Shown here: positions 51,483 through 62,762 of the stretch, in pieces
Position numbering within the stretch: position 1 is the first letter of the stretch
How the letters are laid out: each line of letters opens with the position of its first letter
Source: Trichinella spiralis
Lineage: Eukaryota
Length of the DNA stretch: 62,762 bases
Assembly: GCF_000181795.1 (NCBI RefSeq)
Contig: NW_003526941.1
Span: 9,500,038-9,562,799 of the forward strand
Reading direction: 5' to 3'
The notes under the pieces: generated by a model
The model's input: only the letters and a program-made list of their open reading frames with translations
Database searches by the model: none
Told to the model about the DNA's origin: nothing
Position numbers and translations under genes: made by a program

Positions 51483-54053
51483 ATGATGAGTTGCACTTTT
51501 GCTTCTCTACTATTACAGCTCTCCTCCAGCTTGGACGCTACTAACAGCGCTGAATCGAAAAGCAACGTTTCAAAAATCATGCACCAAAATAATAAAAAAC
51601 CATTAACAACAGAATCGAATTGTTGTTGTCAAGTTTGCGGTGATAAAGCTTCGGGAAAGCATTACGGTGTACCGAGTTGTGACGGTTGTAGAGGATTTTT
51701 CAAACGATCCATCCGAAGAAATCTCACTTATCAATGCAAAAGTAACGATGACTGTGTTGTCGACGTGGCAAGACGTAATCAATGCCAAGCATGCCGTCTT
51801 AAAAAATGTCTTCAAGTGAAAATGAATCGACATGGTAAGATTATTTTTATTTTCATTTGTTTTTTTAACATTTTCCATTTCATTTGTCAACATTTTCAAA
51901 TTATATTTCAATTTAATGTAACATCATCAGAAAACAACCTTAATATTGCGTTGTACATTCACTTTAATGTGAAACACTTCTATTCAACAAAGTTCATCAT
52001 GGATTTTATTTTCTGTTCATCATTAAATTTACTTTAAACGATAAAAAAATGTGTATATTATTGTATGGTAAATTCTATGGGACGTGGAATATTTCATTGC
52101 TGTTTAATTTGTTTCAATTGAAACCATTTACGCTCAATGTAAAATTGAATTAATGTCACTTGTATTTAAATTTAAATATGATCAGAAAGAATGTTCATTG
52201 GCAAAGGGATTGTAATTTATTGTTATGAATTTTTTTGTTTTGATCTCATATAAAAAAGCTGTTCGTTTATAATAAAGTGAATGCATAAGATCAATTATAT
52301 GGAAAGCTCATGTTACGTGTGTAAACTTGACCACAGCTGCACTCGGTCTTATTTAATATCAAGTGTGCAGACTATTTGTTTATTTAATAAACAGCGCGAC
52401 AGATACTAGTTTATTTGAACAATCAATATACTAATTAAACAGTTAAAATCATTTTCAATAATAATTATTTTCAAACACTTAATTGAACATGTTCAATTCC
52501 TTTATCGACTTGTTTCAAACTTCAGTTTAACAAATCTGTTACTTTTATTTATTTATGTAAATCATCTACATTTTCAAGTACATATAAATTTGCTTGTTAC
52601 ACTTCACTACTTGTTACATTCATTACAATATATAATATAATCAGGTAGAATTAGTGTGTTTCGTTTTTTTAAAATTATTTTATAAAAAGTTTATTTAAAT
52701 TGATAATTGTAAATAATATTTATATGATGGAGATGTGATGAAAAAAAGCAGTATATTTTTAGCCGTTCAAAATGAGCGAGTTCCGAAAGAACCACGACGA
52801 CATTATCGTTGCAGTGATGAATATGCAATTTTCTCTTCTGCTCGTAATAATTTTGCGCAGAGCATGAATATGATTGACGTTTGGCAAGAACGAAATCATC
52901 GCTTGTTGGCTGTGACTCCTTCCTCTGTAGGTTGGTGGTGCTGGAGAAATTTCCCTCTGAACTTTGGTTCCAACTTCACCCACGCCGCGTCTTCTTGTTC
53001 GCACGTGATGCCGAAAAGTATGCAAATGCAATCTTACAGTATTCCCTACGCCTACCCGAACACTGTAACCCCGTCGCATGTGGTACCGAATTTTACTTTC
53101 AACAATCGAATATATTCAAAAGGCAACATCAGTACTGTTTTTATACTTTTGTCATTGTTTTTTTTCTTTGTCATAATTTATAATAATTCCATTCAAGATT
53201 ATATGACATTTGAAAAATTTGCGCGTAATCTTTTCACACTGTCACCTCGTGAAATGGGCAGCAGCAAAGATCATAATGATACTGTTGGGATTTTGAACAT
53301 CCTCAAAATATGGTTGCAATCGATTGCCCAATTTTGGCAGTTGCCATTGAAAGATAGGCGTCAATTATTGATGAAATCTTGGCACGAGCTGTTTGTTCTA
53401 CTGGCGATGCGTCGAGGACAGTTTCAACTAATGCTATCAAGTAAGTGACCAGATTGCTGAATTGAACAAACCTAATGATATATAACGATGTTTTTCTTTT
53501 AATAAATGGACACTCTATTGTAGAAGTGAAAACAATAAATTCGACAATGGAGAAAATCAGCCCGGAGGAGAAATTATCGTTGGAACAAGCGGCAAGCATG
53601 GTTGAACAGTTGAACATTTCGCCTGAAGAACTTTACTGTTTGTTGGCATTAATTTTATTCAAACCAAGTAAGCATTTCATTTTTGCTTTCATAATTTAAA
53701 TTTCAAATCAATTATAATAATTTGCAGTGAAATCACTGAGCACAGCGCATCTAGTTCAAACTGCTCAAGAGCAAACGATGATTTTGATGAGTGAACTGAC
53801 AGCCAGACAACAACAACAACAACAACACCAGCACACAGTTTCATCAGCCGTTGAAAGTGGATCTAATCTGATGATCAGCGTACCTTGTTCTTCTGGTAGA
53901 CTGCGTTATGCAAGGCTAGCAATGCTTGTTCCAACCATTTCCACGATCACCAGTTCTACGGTGCATTTCATTTTTTTCCCCCAATGTTCACAACATTCAG
54001 CCATCGACATCGTAGATCGTCTCCTTTTTCACCAATTTTCTAATATCTCATAA
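51483..54053 (+). CDS. Nuclear receptor of the NR2E family, NR2E6/PNR-like
   Basis: C4 zinc-finger [40 protein letters not shown]...[33 protein letters not shown] signature [56 protein letters not shown]...IFF. The start codon could be 51483 or 51579. Confidence 0.9.
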
Positions 54054-54601
54054 TAGCAAAAATTATGATTTATTTAAAGTAAGAAAAATTTATTTTTTAT
54101 TTTAAAGCAACTTTATTTCACTGTAACACCAAAAAAATATCCCAAATAATAAAAAAGAAATACACATTTGCAGGAACAATAAGCAAAACATCTCAATCAT
54201 CATCATCACATCAAATGGGAAAATACAGCAGTGCTTTCGTGAATATTTTCAAACAACGAGCTTGCTGAGGCAGGCAAGGTTCAGTTGAGCAAAATCTTAA
54301 CTTCAGGGCTTTAACAATGTTCAACTCAGATGTGTCTTCCTGTGAGGGTTAAGTGAAACTGGTGAAAGAGATAAACAACATAAGATAAATACCCGATCAT
54401 TACAACCGGCCATTCAGGGCTGCAATACGTCAGACAAAAATATCAAATTACAAACAGTGCGCTTAGAAATTCGCGACAACCCTCAAGGAAACAGAAAATG
54501 CCCTTCAAAAGATGAAGAAATACGTCTTCATGAAAAAAAGTCTTCAACTGAACAAAAATTAGCATAAAAAAGGTATGCATTTTTTTTGTACTTTTTTCAC
54601 T

Positions 54602-56159
54602 TTATTCTTCTTGCTTATCCGGCTTGCTTCTTGCTTCCATGTCTTCTTGATTGTCTGCCAACGGTGGTGAGCCAGTATCAGTAACTGCAGTCGATACTGT
54701 TTCCATCACAACGCCTTCCGTTGGAACCGATTCTGTTTTTTCTTCATTTTCAACGGCAGACACTTTCTGTGCTTTAGTCGAACTTTTCCCATCTTTTTTC
54801 TTTTTCACATCTCGCGCTTTTCCTCGTTTCGACTTTTTCTTCGACACAGACCATTCTTCATCGCCTGATTTTTCAGCGGCATCAATTTCGCTTCCCGATA
54901 TTGCATCTAAAACCCATTGATCTCTCATACGGGCAGAAAATTTGAAAATTTTCAACATTTACAAAATATATTAGGTTAAAATTGGGCTAGAAATTTTGTC
55001 AGCTACGGATGGGCATAACATGAGATGATAATAAGTAAATAGAACAAAAAAACACATTCCAATTCATAGAAAAACATGTTTATACCTGCAAATCATTATT
55101 CCTAAGTAAAAATACAAAAAAGTGCAAAACGACTTAATTAACATTTAACGTTATTGAATAGTTGAATCGATTGAATTCTGAAACTTACATTAATTATTAT
55201 TATTACTTTCAGAAAAATTTACTTCCCCTTATTTCTCTGAGCTTCAAGAATTTCTTCCACCAAACAGAAATCGCTTAAAAGATTCAATTAAACAAAACTG
55301 TTATTTTAAGCAGTGAAAGTACCATCATTGAAAAGATAAAAAAAACTTCCTGAACTTTTGCCAAAATACAACAGTGAGCATTACATAAGAAAATAACAGG
55401 AAGCACTTCTTTTTCAACGCCTACAAAATGAAACCATTTCTGTGCTAAATTTAACACTTTCACCCATGATGATATCTGTGGGATATTTTTTCATCTTACC
55501 AATTAACTAATTAGCTATGGTAGTTTATTATAAATAACAATAAAAAGTGTACCTAAATGAGCTTCCATAAGATTAATTGGAACGCAACGCCTGTTTCTGC
55601 CTCCGCGTAAACACTTTTCCAGATGCACAGAAAAACGCAAGTAAGACTTGTATAAACCACACTGTGGACAAATGCAGGAAATAAATTTTGTTGAATTTCC
55701 TTTGCGCGATTTCTTTCCAAGTGACTTTGAATCTTCCGCTTTATTCGTTCCACTTGACGCAGTCTGAGTTTCGAGACCGTTCTGAGTTGTGGGTGTAGCT
55801 GATGAAGAATCCGAATCCGTAATCATATTAAAAAATATCGAAACTGCTTGTTCATCAATGAGCATGTTCAGAACCGTAAACACTTCGGGACTGTTTGAAA
55901 GATCCGTTTCTCTTTCAGTTGATGCATTTTCAGCGGGGGTAGTTTCTTCAGTCTTCTGAGCATCTTCCAAATTGAGCTGAACATCTGAAGAGGATTGGGA
56001 CATCTCATCGGCCGTTGATCCCAATTCTTCTGTAGCATTGACAGTTGTTTCCACCGTTTCGTTGTTCTCTCCATCGTTCTCACCATTGTTAATCGACAAA
56101 TCATCCGTATAATCCATATCAATATATTCCAACAAGATCGATGGTTTAGCATCAAACAT
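54602..56159 (-). CDS. ATXN7L3: SAGA DUB-module subunit Sgf11/ATXN7L3-like
   Basis: Sgf11 zinc finger CICPQCGLYKSYLRFSVHLEKCLRGGRNRR (cf. CxCPxC...RFAPHLEKCLGMGRNSSR). Phase-compatible splice (TTAG/GTACAC to ..GAG/ATCAATGG) to the exon DQWVLDAI...SGDEEWSVSKKKSKRGK, which resembles the ATXN7L3 DNDWSY..KKAKKRK block. Start and exon join are inferred. Confidence 0.75.
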
Positions 56160-59100
56160 CTTTACCAAAATTCCGATAAGGAATATGGACAAGTACTATC
56201 ATAGACAATGTCAGCGCATCGCATTTCACTATAAGCAGAAATAGAAAAGGGTTAAAAAATTAAATAAAATTAAGCGAATTTAAATTAACTTTTCAGCTAA
56301 AATTCTAACTTGAAAAAATAGCACAGGTAAACTAGTCAAAGTTCATTTCACAGTACAACTTTACCCAGCATTCATTATCGGATTACAAAATAACTTTAAC
56401 CACAGCTTACCTATATGCATTCGTATGTATTGGATATAGCCTTATAAAACAATTGAAAGATTTCAGCTGCAGAATTTGGAAACCGAGCAATGTGTGAATG
56501 AAAATTGATTGATGAACAAAGCTAAAAAGTGAGAAAAATAAATAATGAAAATCACATAAAAAGTTTCTTGAAAATTTTTTGTTTTCAGATATGAAGTTAA
56601 ACGTGTGTAGAAAATTCAAAGAAATTCTCCATGCATCTTGATAAATAAGTATTAAAAGTACTGAAACGATTTCTCCTGCATCCGCTATTCGAAATCACAC
56701 TACATGAAAAGATCTTGTACACGCAAGCATAAACTGAAGCTGAGTTTTCTACATATGTCATAGAACAAAAAATCAAGCAGCATAACACAACCGATCAGTT
56801 TATTGCTAAGCCATCTTCCTTCCATAAAATTCATACTGTAAAAAAAATCAGGTACAGACATACTTTTGAAATTCTTCTGTGGAAAATTGTTTAACTTTAA
56901 TTATTATTTGTTTTTTTTATTAATGTCGTTAATTGTTTTCAATTCAGGTTTTGTTAAATTATATTTGAATTTGAATTTTGTTTAATTTGTGTAAGAAATC
57001 TGTATTGGTGCGTAGCATAATTTTTAGTAATTCCACTTGTTGAAATTCATTTATTTGAGTATTCTTTTCAATTAGGGTCTGTCGACTTCTGAGATTTGAG
57101 CACCTTTTTGAGTTATTAATACGACTAGATTAGAAACAGTTAATATGGTCCATCTGTTGAAGTATATTGTGAAGCTTTTCTGAAATTAGAAATAAAATAT
57201 AAAGCGTTGCTATATCTGAACTACAGTTAATTATGAATAAAGATAAGCAAGTACTTGTAATTTTTTCAATGATAAAAATTAAATACTTACAATTCGAAAT
57301 AGGAACTGATCATCGAGTTTGAAATATATTCATAATTTAGATATTTATTTGATGGTTTCTGAAATTTTATAAGAATCTGAGAATTACTTCAATTTTACCT
57401 TAAAATTTAGAAAGTAAAGAGTTATACGCATCTACATATATATTTTTTATACGTGCAGTTTATGCTATTATTACTTGAAATCTGTATGTTTTTTTATTTA
57501 CTTATTTCTTAGATGTTTTATATTTAAATTCAAATGCAGTGAAAAGTTTTTCAGAAAATTACTTGAAATTTTTAATTATAGTAACACCGGAATTTATAGT
57601 TAAATTAATTGTTTTTTTTCACAAATTTCATCGACCGTATTAATTGTTCATAATAAAATATGTTTATTGTTGCATGATTTTTATTTCTGTTTAAATTATT
57701 TGTCTTCTAACGTGTTTTGTGTGAAATATATTTGCTGCATGTGATAGTTTTTTGTGTTTTATTACAAAGCAAGAAGAAACTTTTTTTACAAACTTAAATT
57801 ATTTCATTCCACTGAATAAGCAATGAATACTGCATCAACAGCCCCCTATGTTAGATCATTTATACTGAACATGGTGGTCATAAACATCAACTGTAGAAAC
57901 ATAGAAAAATAATTATTAATATAATTTTCAAAACTAAGATATGTGAAAATCGCATCGAACGCGACAATGGGAGCTTCGCCAACTTTGCGAGGAAATGTTT
58001 GATTATCAGCAACAGTTTAGCGATGCAACAAGAAGCATGATATCGATGTTTATTTTAATGTTTATATTTATGTTTATAGATAAATGCAACATTTTTCTGA
58101 AATGTTTACAGAAAATGAAAAGAATCTTCTCCAAAATTGATTTCAATTTTCTTATTATCTGCTTGCAATGGAAAGAGGCAAACACGCAAACATGCAAAGG
58201 ATTTCTAATGAAAAAGGTACATTTTAAGACGCTTTTTTATATAGAAAATTTAATGCATGAATTAGCGAACATAAAATTTGTCACAGTATTGCGATATATT
58301 TAACAGAAAGTCAAAAAAAAAAACTTTTTCAACGTTCTAACAGATTTGTAAAAAATTGATAAGAAACATGTTGTTGTTGAAAATTAGGAGATCATACCCC
58401 TAAAGCTATTTTTCATTTCTGTTCCAAACAGGTTGCAGGCAGTAAATTTCAGTTTTATTGCAGTGAAATGTACATTTGAGTGTGACAATGTTTAGTCGAA
58501 TAGCTTTTAAACAGTATAAAATTGTATTTAATAGTTGTGCGATTTTCTGTTTTCATGCGATCCGCACGATGGAGATAACACACTTTAAACAAACATTCAG
58601 CAAGATAATTTTTAATCGAATTATACTTCAGATAAATTTCAAAGTATTTAAAAAACACTGTTTTTTTAAATAAATTTACTTGACAATAATTATTTGCTCA
58701 TTTTAACTTGTTAATGTATGTTGCATTTTAATAGAACAGAAGTGCATTTTTAAGCTTTTGATGAAGACATTACAGTTGAAAATGTACTTTTAAAATTATC
58801 GATGAAATAGTGTCATAAAAATAAAATAAAACTAGCATAATTTTTCATCAGTTTTTCATGTAGTACTGTGTAGTGTTGGCTTATTTGTAATAATAAACGA
58901 TAATGTTTTACCGTAACCAGTTAATTAATGCTAAAATTGCAATACTATTGTTGTATCAAGAAAATGTGAAACAAGAAAAAATTAAACTAGGCGAAAGTGC
59001 TGTCACTTACTTTTCTATAAATGTCAAATATTGCTGATAAATTGATAAAATAAAGCTGTTTCGTGGGTGATATTTCACGTTGTTTTTGGCAATGTTACTT

Positions 59101-59227
59101 TGAAAATCAATTTTCACTGTGGAAACCTGAACATATATATGGGCCAGTGAAATATCGATGACAAGTTGTCCTTAAAATTTAAGTATTTATATACAAAAAT
59201 TTAATTTTTGCATCACTGTACTTCATT

Positions 59228-60907
59228 ATGCTTCTATCAAATTACAAGATGAACTATCAGTTTTATGTTGCAGTTTTATGCTTGGCATTGTGCACAGAAA
59301 TTGCCAGTAGCGCGGCAACGCTGGTCTGTGGAAAGGAAATATTCCAATATTTTGAATGCATGACCAGCGAGCTTTCACCACTGGTAAATAATAGTGAATC
59401 ATCTGAAAAATTCAATACTTTAAGCAAAGATGTTGAACTGTGCTTCACAACGTAAAGTACATACTCATCCGTGTATGTTGCTTTTAAAAGTAATTACTTG
59501 TAGAAATGGATGCCAAAAGCCGGAAGCTATACTTCTTACAGAAAAAGAAAAATATACCGATGTCAATGATGATGATGATGATGACGACGCCGATGCAAAT
59601 GATGATCTTGATGCTGATTTTGAAGAAGTAACCGTGACTAAAGTGGTTCTCAATCCAAAATTGTTTCCAGGAGTAAAAGAACGCACGCCTACTCCTGAAA
59701 ACGACAAATGCATGGTTTCTGAAGACCAAGAAAGCAACATCATTATGAGTTGTATAAAGAAAACTATTCCTGATTTTATGTATCCAGATGATGACATGCT
59801 AATTGATGGTGACTTCTTTTTGGAATCTGTAAAAACACGTTTCAAAAGGTATACTTTTAAAATGTAATTTTGTTAAACTTCATTGTCTAAATTTAATAAC
59901 TATGAATATTCAAAAAGCTGTATCAAATTGTGAAGTGATAAATTAAACAAATGATTATCAAAAATCAAAAATATTACATCAATTATATATATATTGGTGT
60001 AATTTTGATCTGCTGTTCAATTGATTACAGATTTGCATAGATGTTTGGTGTTGCGAATAATGAATTTAAATAGAATTTATATAAAATTTTTTCAATTAAC
60101 ATAAATGGACTATGACTTTATGCATTGTGTTACATTTGGCTAGAATTGCAGAGCTGATTTTAGCAAAAGAAATTATTTTTGTTTGCTGGTTTTATTAAAT
60201 TGTGGCTTTCATGTGCACGTCAACGTGAACATTACTCTACATATGCCCAGCAAATTGCATTTAATACTTGACGAAAAGGCATTAGTATTTTCTCTAGATT
60301 TTATTATAAATATGAAAATTAAAATTATACGAACATTTAAAATATTGTACCAAATGTTCAGAGAAATGCATTTGTTGAATAAATTTTTAAATTATGCATT
60401 TTAGGATCTACTTAGAACTCGAAGATGGCGCTAGTTATTACTTGAAAACTATACGAGAAGGAAAGAAATGTCCAGCGCACAAAGCTGGTATTGTTGAAAA
60501 ATGTGTAAAAGCAGAATTTGAAAAAAGACAACTAAATCCATTTCGAAATGTGCTTGAATTAGAAGAAGACTATGCAATGTGGTGCAAAACAGATAAAAAA
60601 TGCACTGATTTGTAAATTGCGTGAATTTAATCTTTTGATGTTGAATCCTGAAAAGTTTTCTTATTTTATACTCAGAATGAATAACGAGTGCAAGGAAAAG
60701 TTGAAAAAGTTGCCGCAAACCTTCTGCGCTTGTGCAAAAGAAAAATCACCGGAAATTGTTCAACAGTTGAGAAGAACGTATAAAAAGTGTTATGATGCCG
60801 ATGCGGCTGAGGAACAAGTGAAGAAAATTATAATGCGAAAAACAAAATCAGAATGCGATGAATACAAACGAATTTGGAACTTTTGCAAAAGTGGTTTTTC
60901 TTATTAA
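59228..60907 (+). CDS. Secreted cysteine-rich protein with poly-Asp tract, unknown function, 4 exons
   Basis: Signal peptide (FYVAVLCLALCTEIASS). Three GT-AG introns give a continuous frame of about 335 aa with many Cys (CFTTNGC, CACAKE), a DDDDDDDADANDD tract and an internal RFKR. Confidence 0.85.
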
Positions 60908-62762
60908 TATAAACATTAAACAGATTTAGATATTGTCCATAATTTACTGCGAATAAATGGAAAAATATGCAGACAGTAAATTCAGGAAAATAGAAAATTT
61001 TGTTTTCTGAACAGAAAATTAATATTTCTTATTCTCTTATTACTTGCATTTAATTTTATTACTTAATCTGCAAGAACAACATAAATAAACTTTCCTTCAA
61101 AATTTTAATTTTCCATCTGACCGTATTAATCATGTGATGAGCAAGTTCAATTTCACTTAAATAATTAACTACATTTACAACTGCCTGCCGTTAGTTAATA
61201 AAGCACACGTTGGAAAACGTATCACTACAAAATAAAAAATTAAACAATTCTAATAAAAAGATGAAATTTTTACAAAAATCCACATATTAAAAATGAAATG
61301 TAATATACATATATCTTCAGAAAGTTCCAAACCACTAAAATCGATCTTTAATGCTTCATTATGCAAACATTATGCATGACCGTAATCAAAGTTCATTATC
61401 ATCAGCAACGGTGCAGTTGTTCGTTTGATTACGTGCCCAGAGGAAACGTCGTAAAATGTTCAGTGAATTTACTATGGCATCAACCATTTGCTGAAGTCCG
61501 CTTTAAAAGTAATTTAAAGTAATTCTGTTTTCTACTTGTGTTAGTTAACTTCAAAAAGGGTGCACACTTATTTTGTAAACGTTACGTTTTAATTAAAAAT
61601 TTAATGTAATTATCATATTTGAAAATTCAGTTTTAAATTTAATGTAACTTTCACTATGTGATAAAGTGCGACCATTTGTTATTTAGCATTCAACATTATT
61701 ACACATATGAACAATGGAGAAAAAAGAATTTTAAACGCCGTCTACACGGAACAGAAGACGCGCACAACAACAGAATGCAAGAGGTATGTGTGATTTTCTG
61801 TCAGTCAGGATTCTGTAATTCGTGGTTGGGGATACAGCGAAAGGGTGAATTTTATTCCATAGTTTAATTAAAATTGGTAAATGTAAGATGTAAATAAGAT
61901 TTTTCACTGTAAAACGGTATTTTTTGTTTTATACATGAGATGGTATTGAGATTAGGGAAGAATGACTTGATTGTTAGAATTTAATTTTAGCTCATTTAAA
62001 CCACTTTCAATGCTGCGCGCCTGGTGTCTCTCTATTATAAGCACATCATCTTCTATTGTAGATTGCCTTTTCAATAGTTTAACAAGCATTTACTTGAAAA
62101 TTTCTCAATTCAAAGCATCTTCTTTGACAGAAATTAGCTTCACATTATCAACGTTGTTATTCGATTTTTTCAAAAATGCGGAGGCGTATTATGACTAAGT
62201 GAATATTTATGTTATGGCGTTTATTGCCAGATAGTTTATATTTTGACTGAATTGTCAATGTCAAGGTCATTTTTGAATTTTCAAATGACTGTCATCATTG
62301 AAAGTTTAATTTGCCACTCTATATGAATTGCTTTTTCAAATCATTATTTTTTCTCTTATTTTACAACAAGCCAGCATTTCATATAAAATGAGCAAGTATT
62401 TCATTTCTTGTATTTATAGTATTTTTAGTATTTGAAATAAACTTGGTAATAATGATGAAATTATTGTTTCCGCAATGAGAGTTATATATTCTCCCAAAAA
62501 CCGTGTATTAGTTAAGTAAATAAAGCGCAGTGAAAACTGCGCAGTAGTTATATTTATGAGCAGGAAAGAATGAAATAAAAATTTGCATACAGGTTCGTTT
62601 GCTTTATTCACATATTACACATCATGATATCTTGACGACATATTGACCCGATTTGATTTTCAACTGAAGACTAACGTACCATACTTATTGACTGATTGAT
62701 GTTGAATTTTTTTATGACTTTATCATCTTTTCACCATGATCTGCTAAATAACGGAAATTCCT

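Noticed and set aside
52759..53183. Antisense and alternative-frame ORFs over the receptor hinge exon
   Set aside because: Shadows of the GC-richer coding exon, with no independent motifs.
53122..53197. Transmembrane segment ([16 protein letters not shown]) inside the nuclear receptor
   Set aside because: It is a T-rich, stop-free phase-1 intron ending ATTCAAG that the ORF finder read through.
54280..54332. SECIS-like hairpin downstream of SGF11
   Set aside because: Helix spacing does not fit the AUGA/AA/GA consensus, and no in-frame UGA is needed in the neighbouring genes.
57940..58303. Small gene around the 57995 ORF
   Set aside because: All frames close or run into low-complexity AT-rich sequence, with no coherent exon chain.
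1..62762. tRNA, rRNA, SL RNA, CRISPR array, miRNA or intact transposon; alternative genetic code
   Set aside because: None recognised by eye, and all genes translate with the standard code. tRNAscan-SE, Infernal and RepeatMasker runs would be needed to exclude them formally.

Overview
AT-rich eukaryotic genomic DNA with many 50-100 nt introns, often with AAG/TAG acceptors. This fits a compact basal (clade I, Trichinella-like) nematode genome, but the taxon is an inference. By manual exon splicing I can support about 13 protein-coding genes. In order: TIM22 (partial, -), MRPS24 (-), a ~17 kb uninflatable/clec-78-like receptor (+), NDUFA12 (-), NSFL1C/p47 (-), COX18 (-), TADA3 (+), an L1CAM-family LAD-2-like adhesion gene (-), DPM3 (+), POLR3H/RPC8 (-), an NR2E6-like nuclear receptor (+), SGF11/ATXN7L3 (-) and a secreted Cys-rich poly-Asp protein (+). 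DPM3 appears twice inside a ~3.15 kb direct repeat flanking a 10-N gap, most likely an assembly artefact. I found no tRNA, rRNA, CRISPR array or recognisable transposon, and no clearly new biological system. The best leads are a likely NSFL1C-NDUFA12 operon, an in-frame cassette exon that would interrupt the p47 UBA domain, a repeated 18-mer and E-box cluster upstream of the L1CAM gene, a TACTGTA motif at housekeeping promoters, the NR2E6-type receptor, two GC-AG introns and the orphan secreted protein. Family assignments come from remembered motifs, not database searches.
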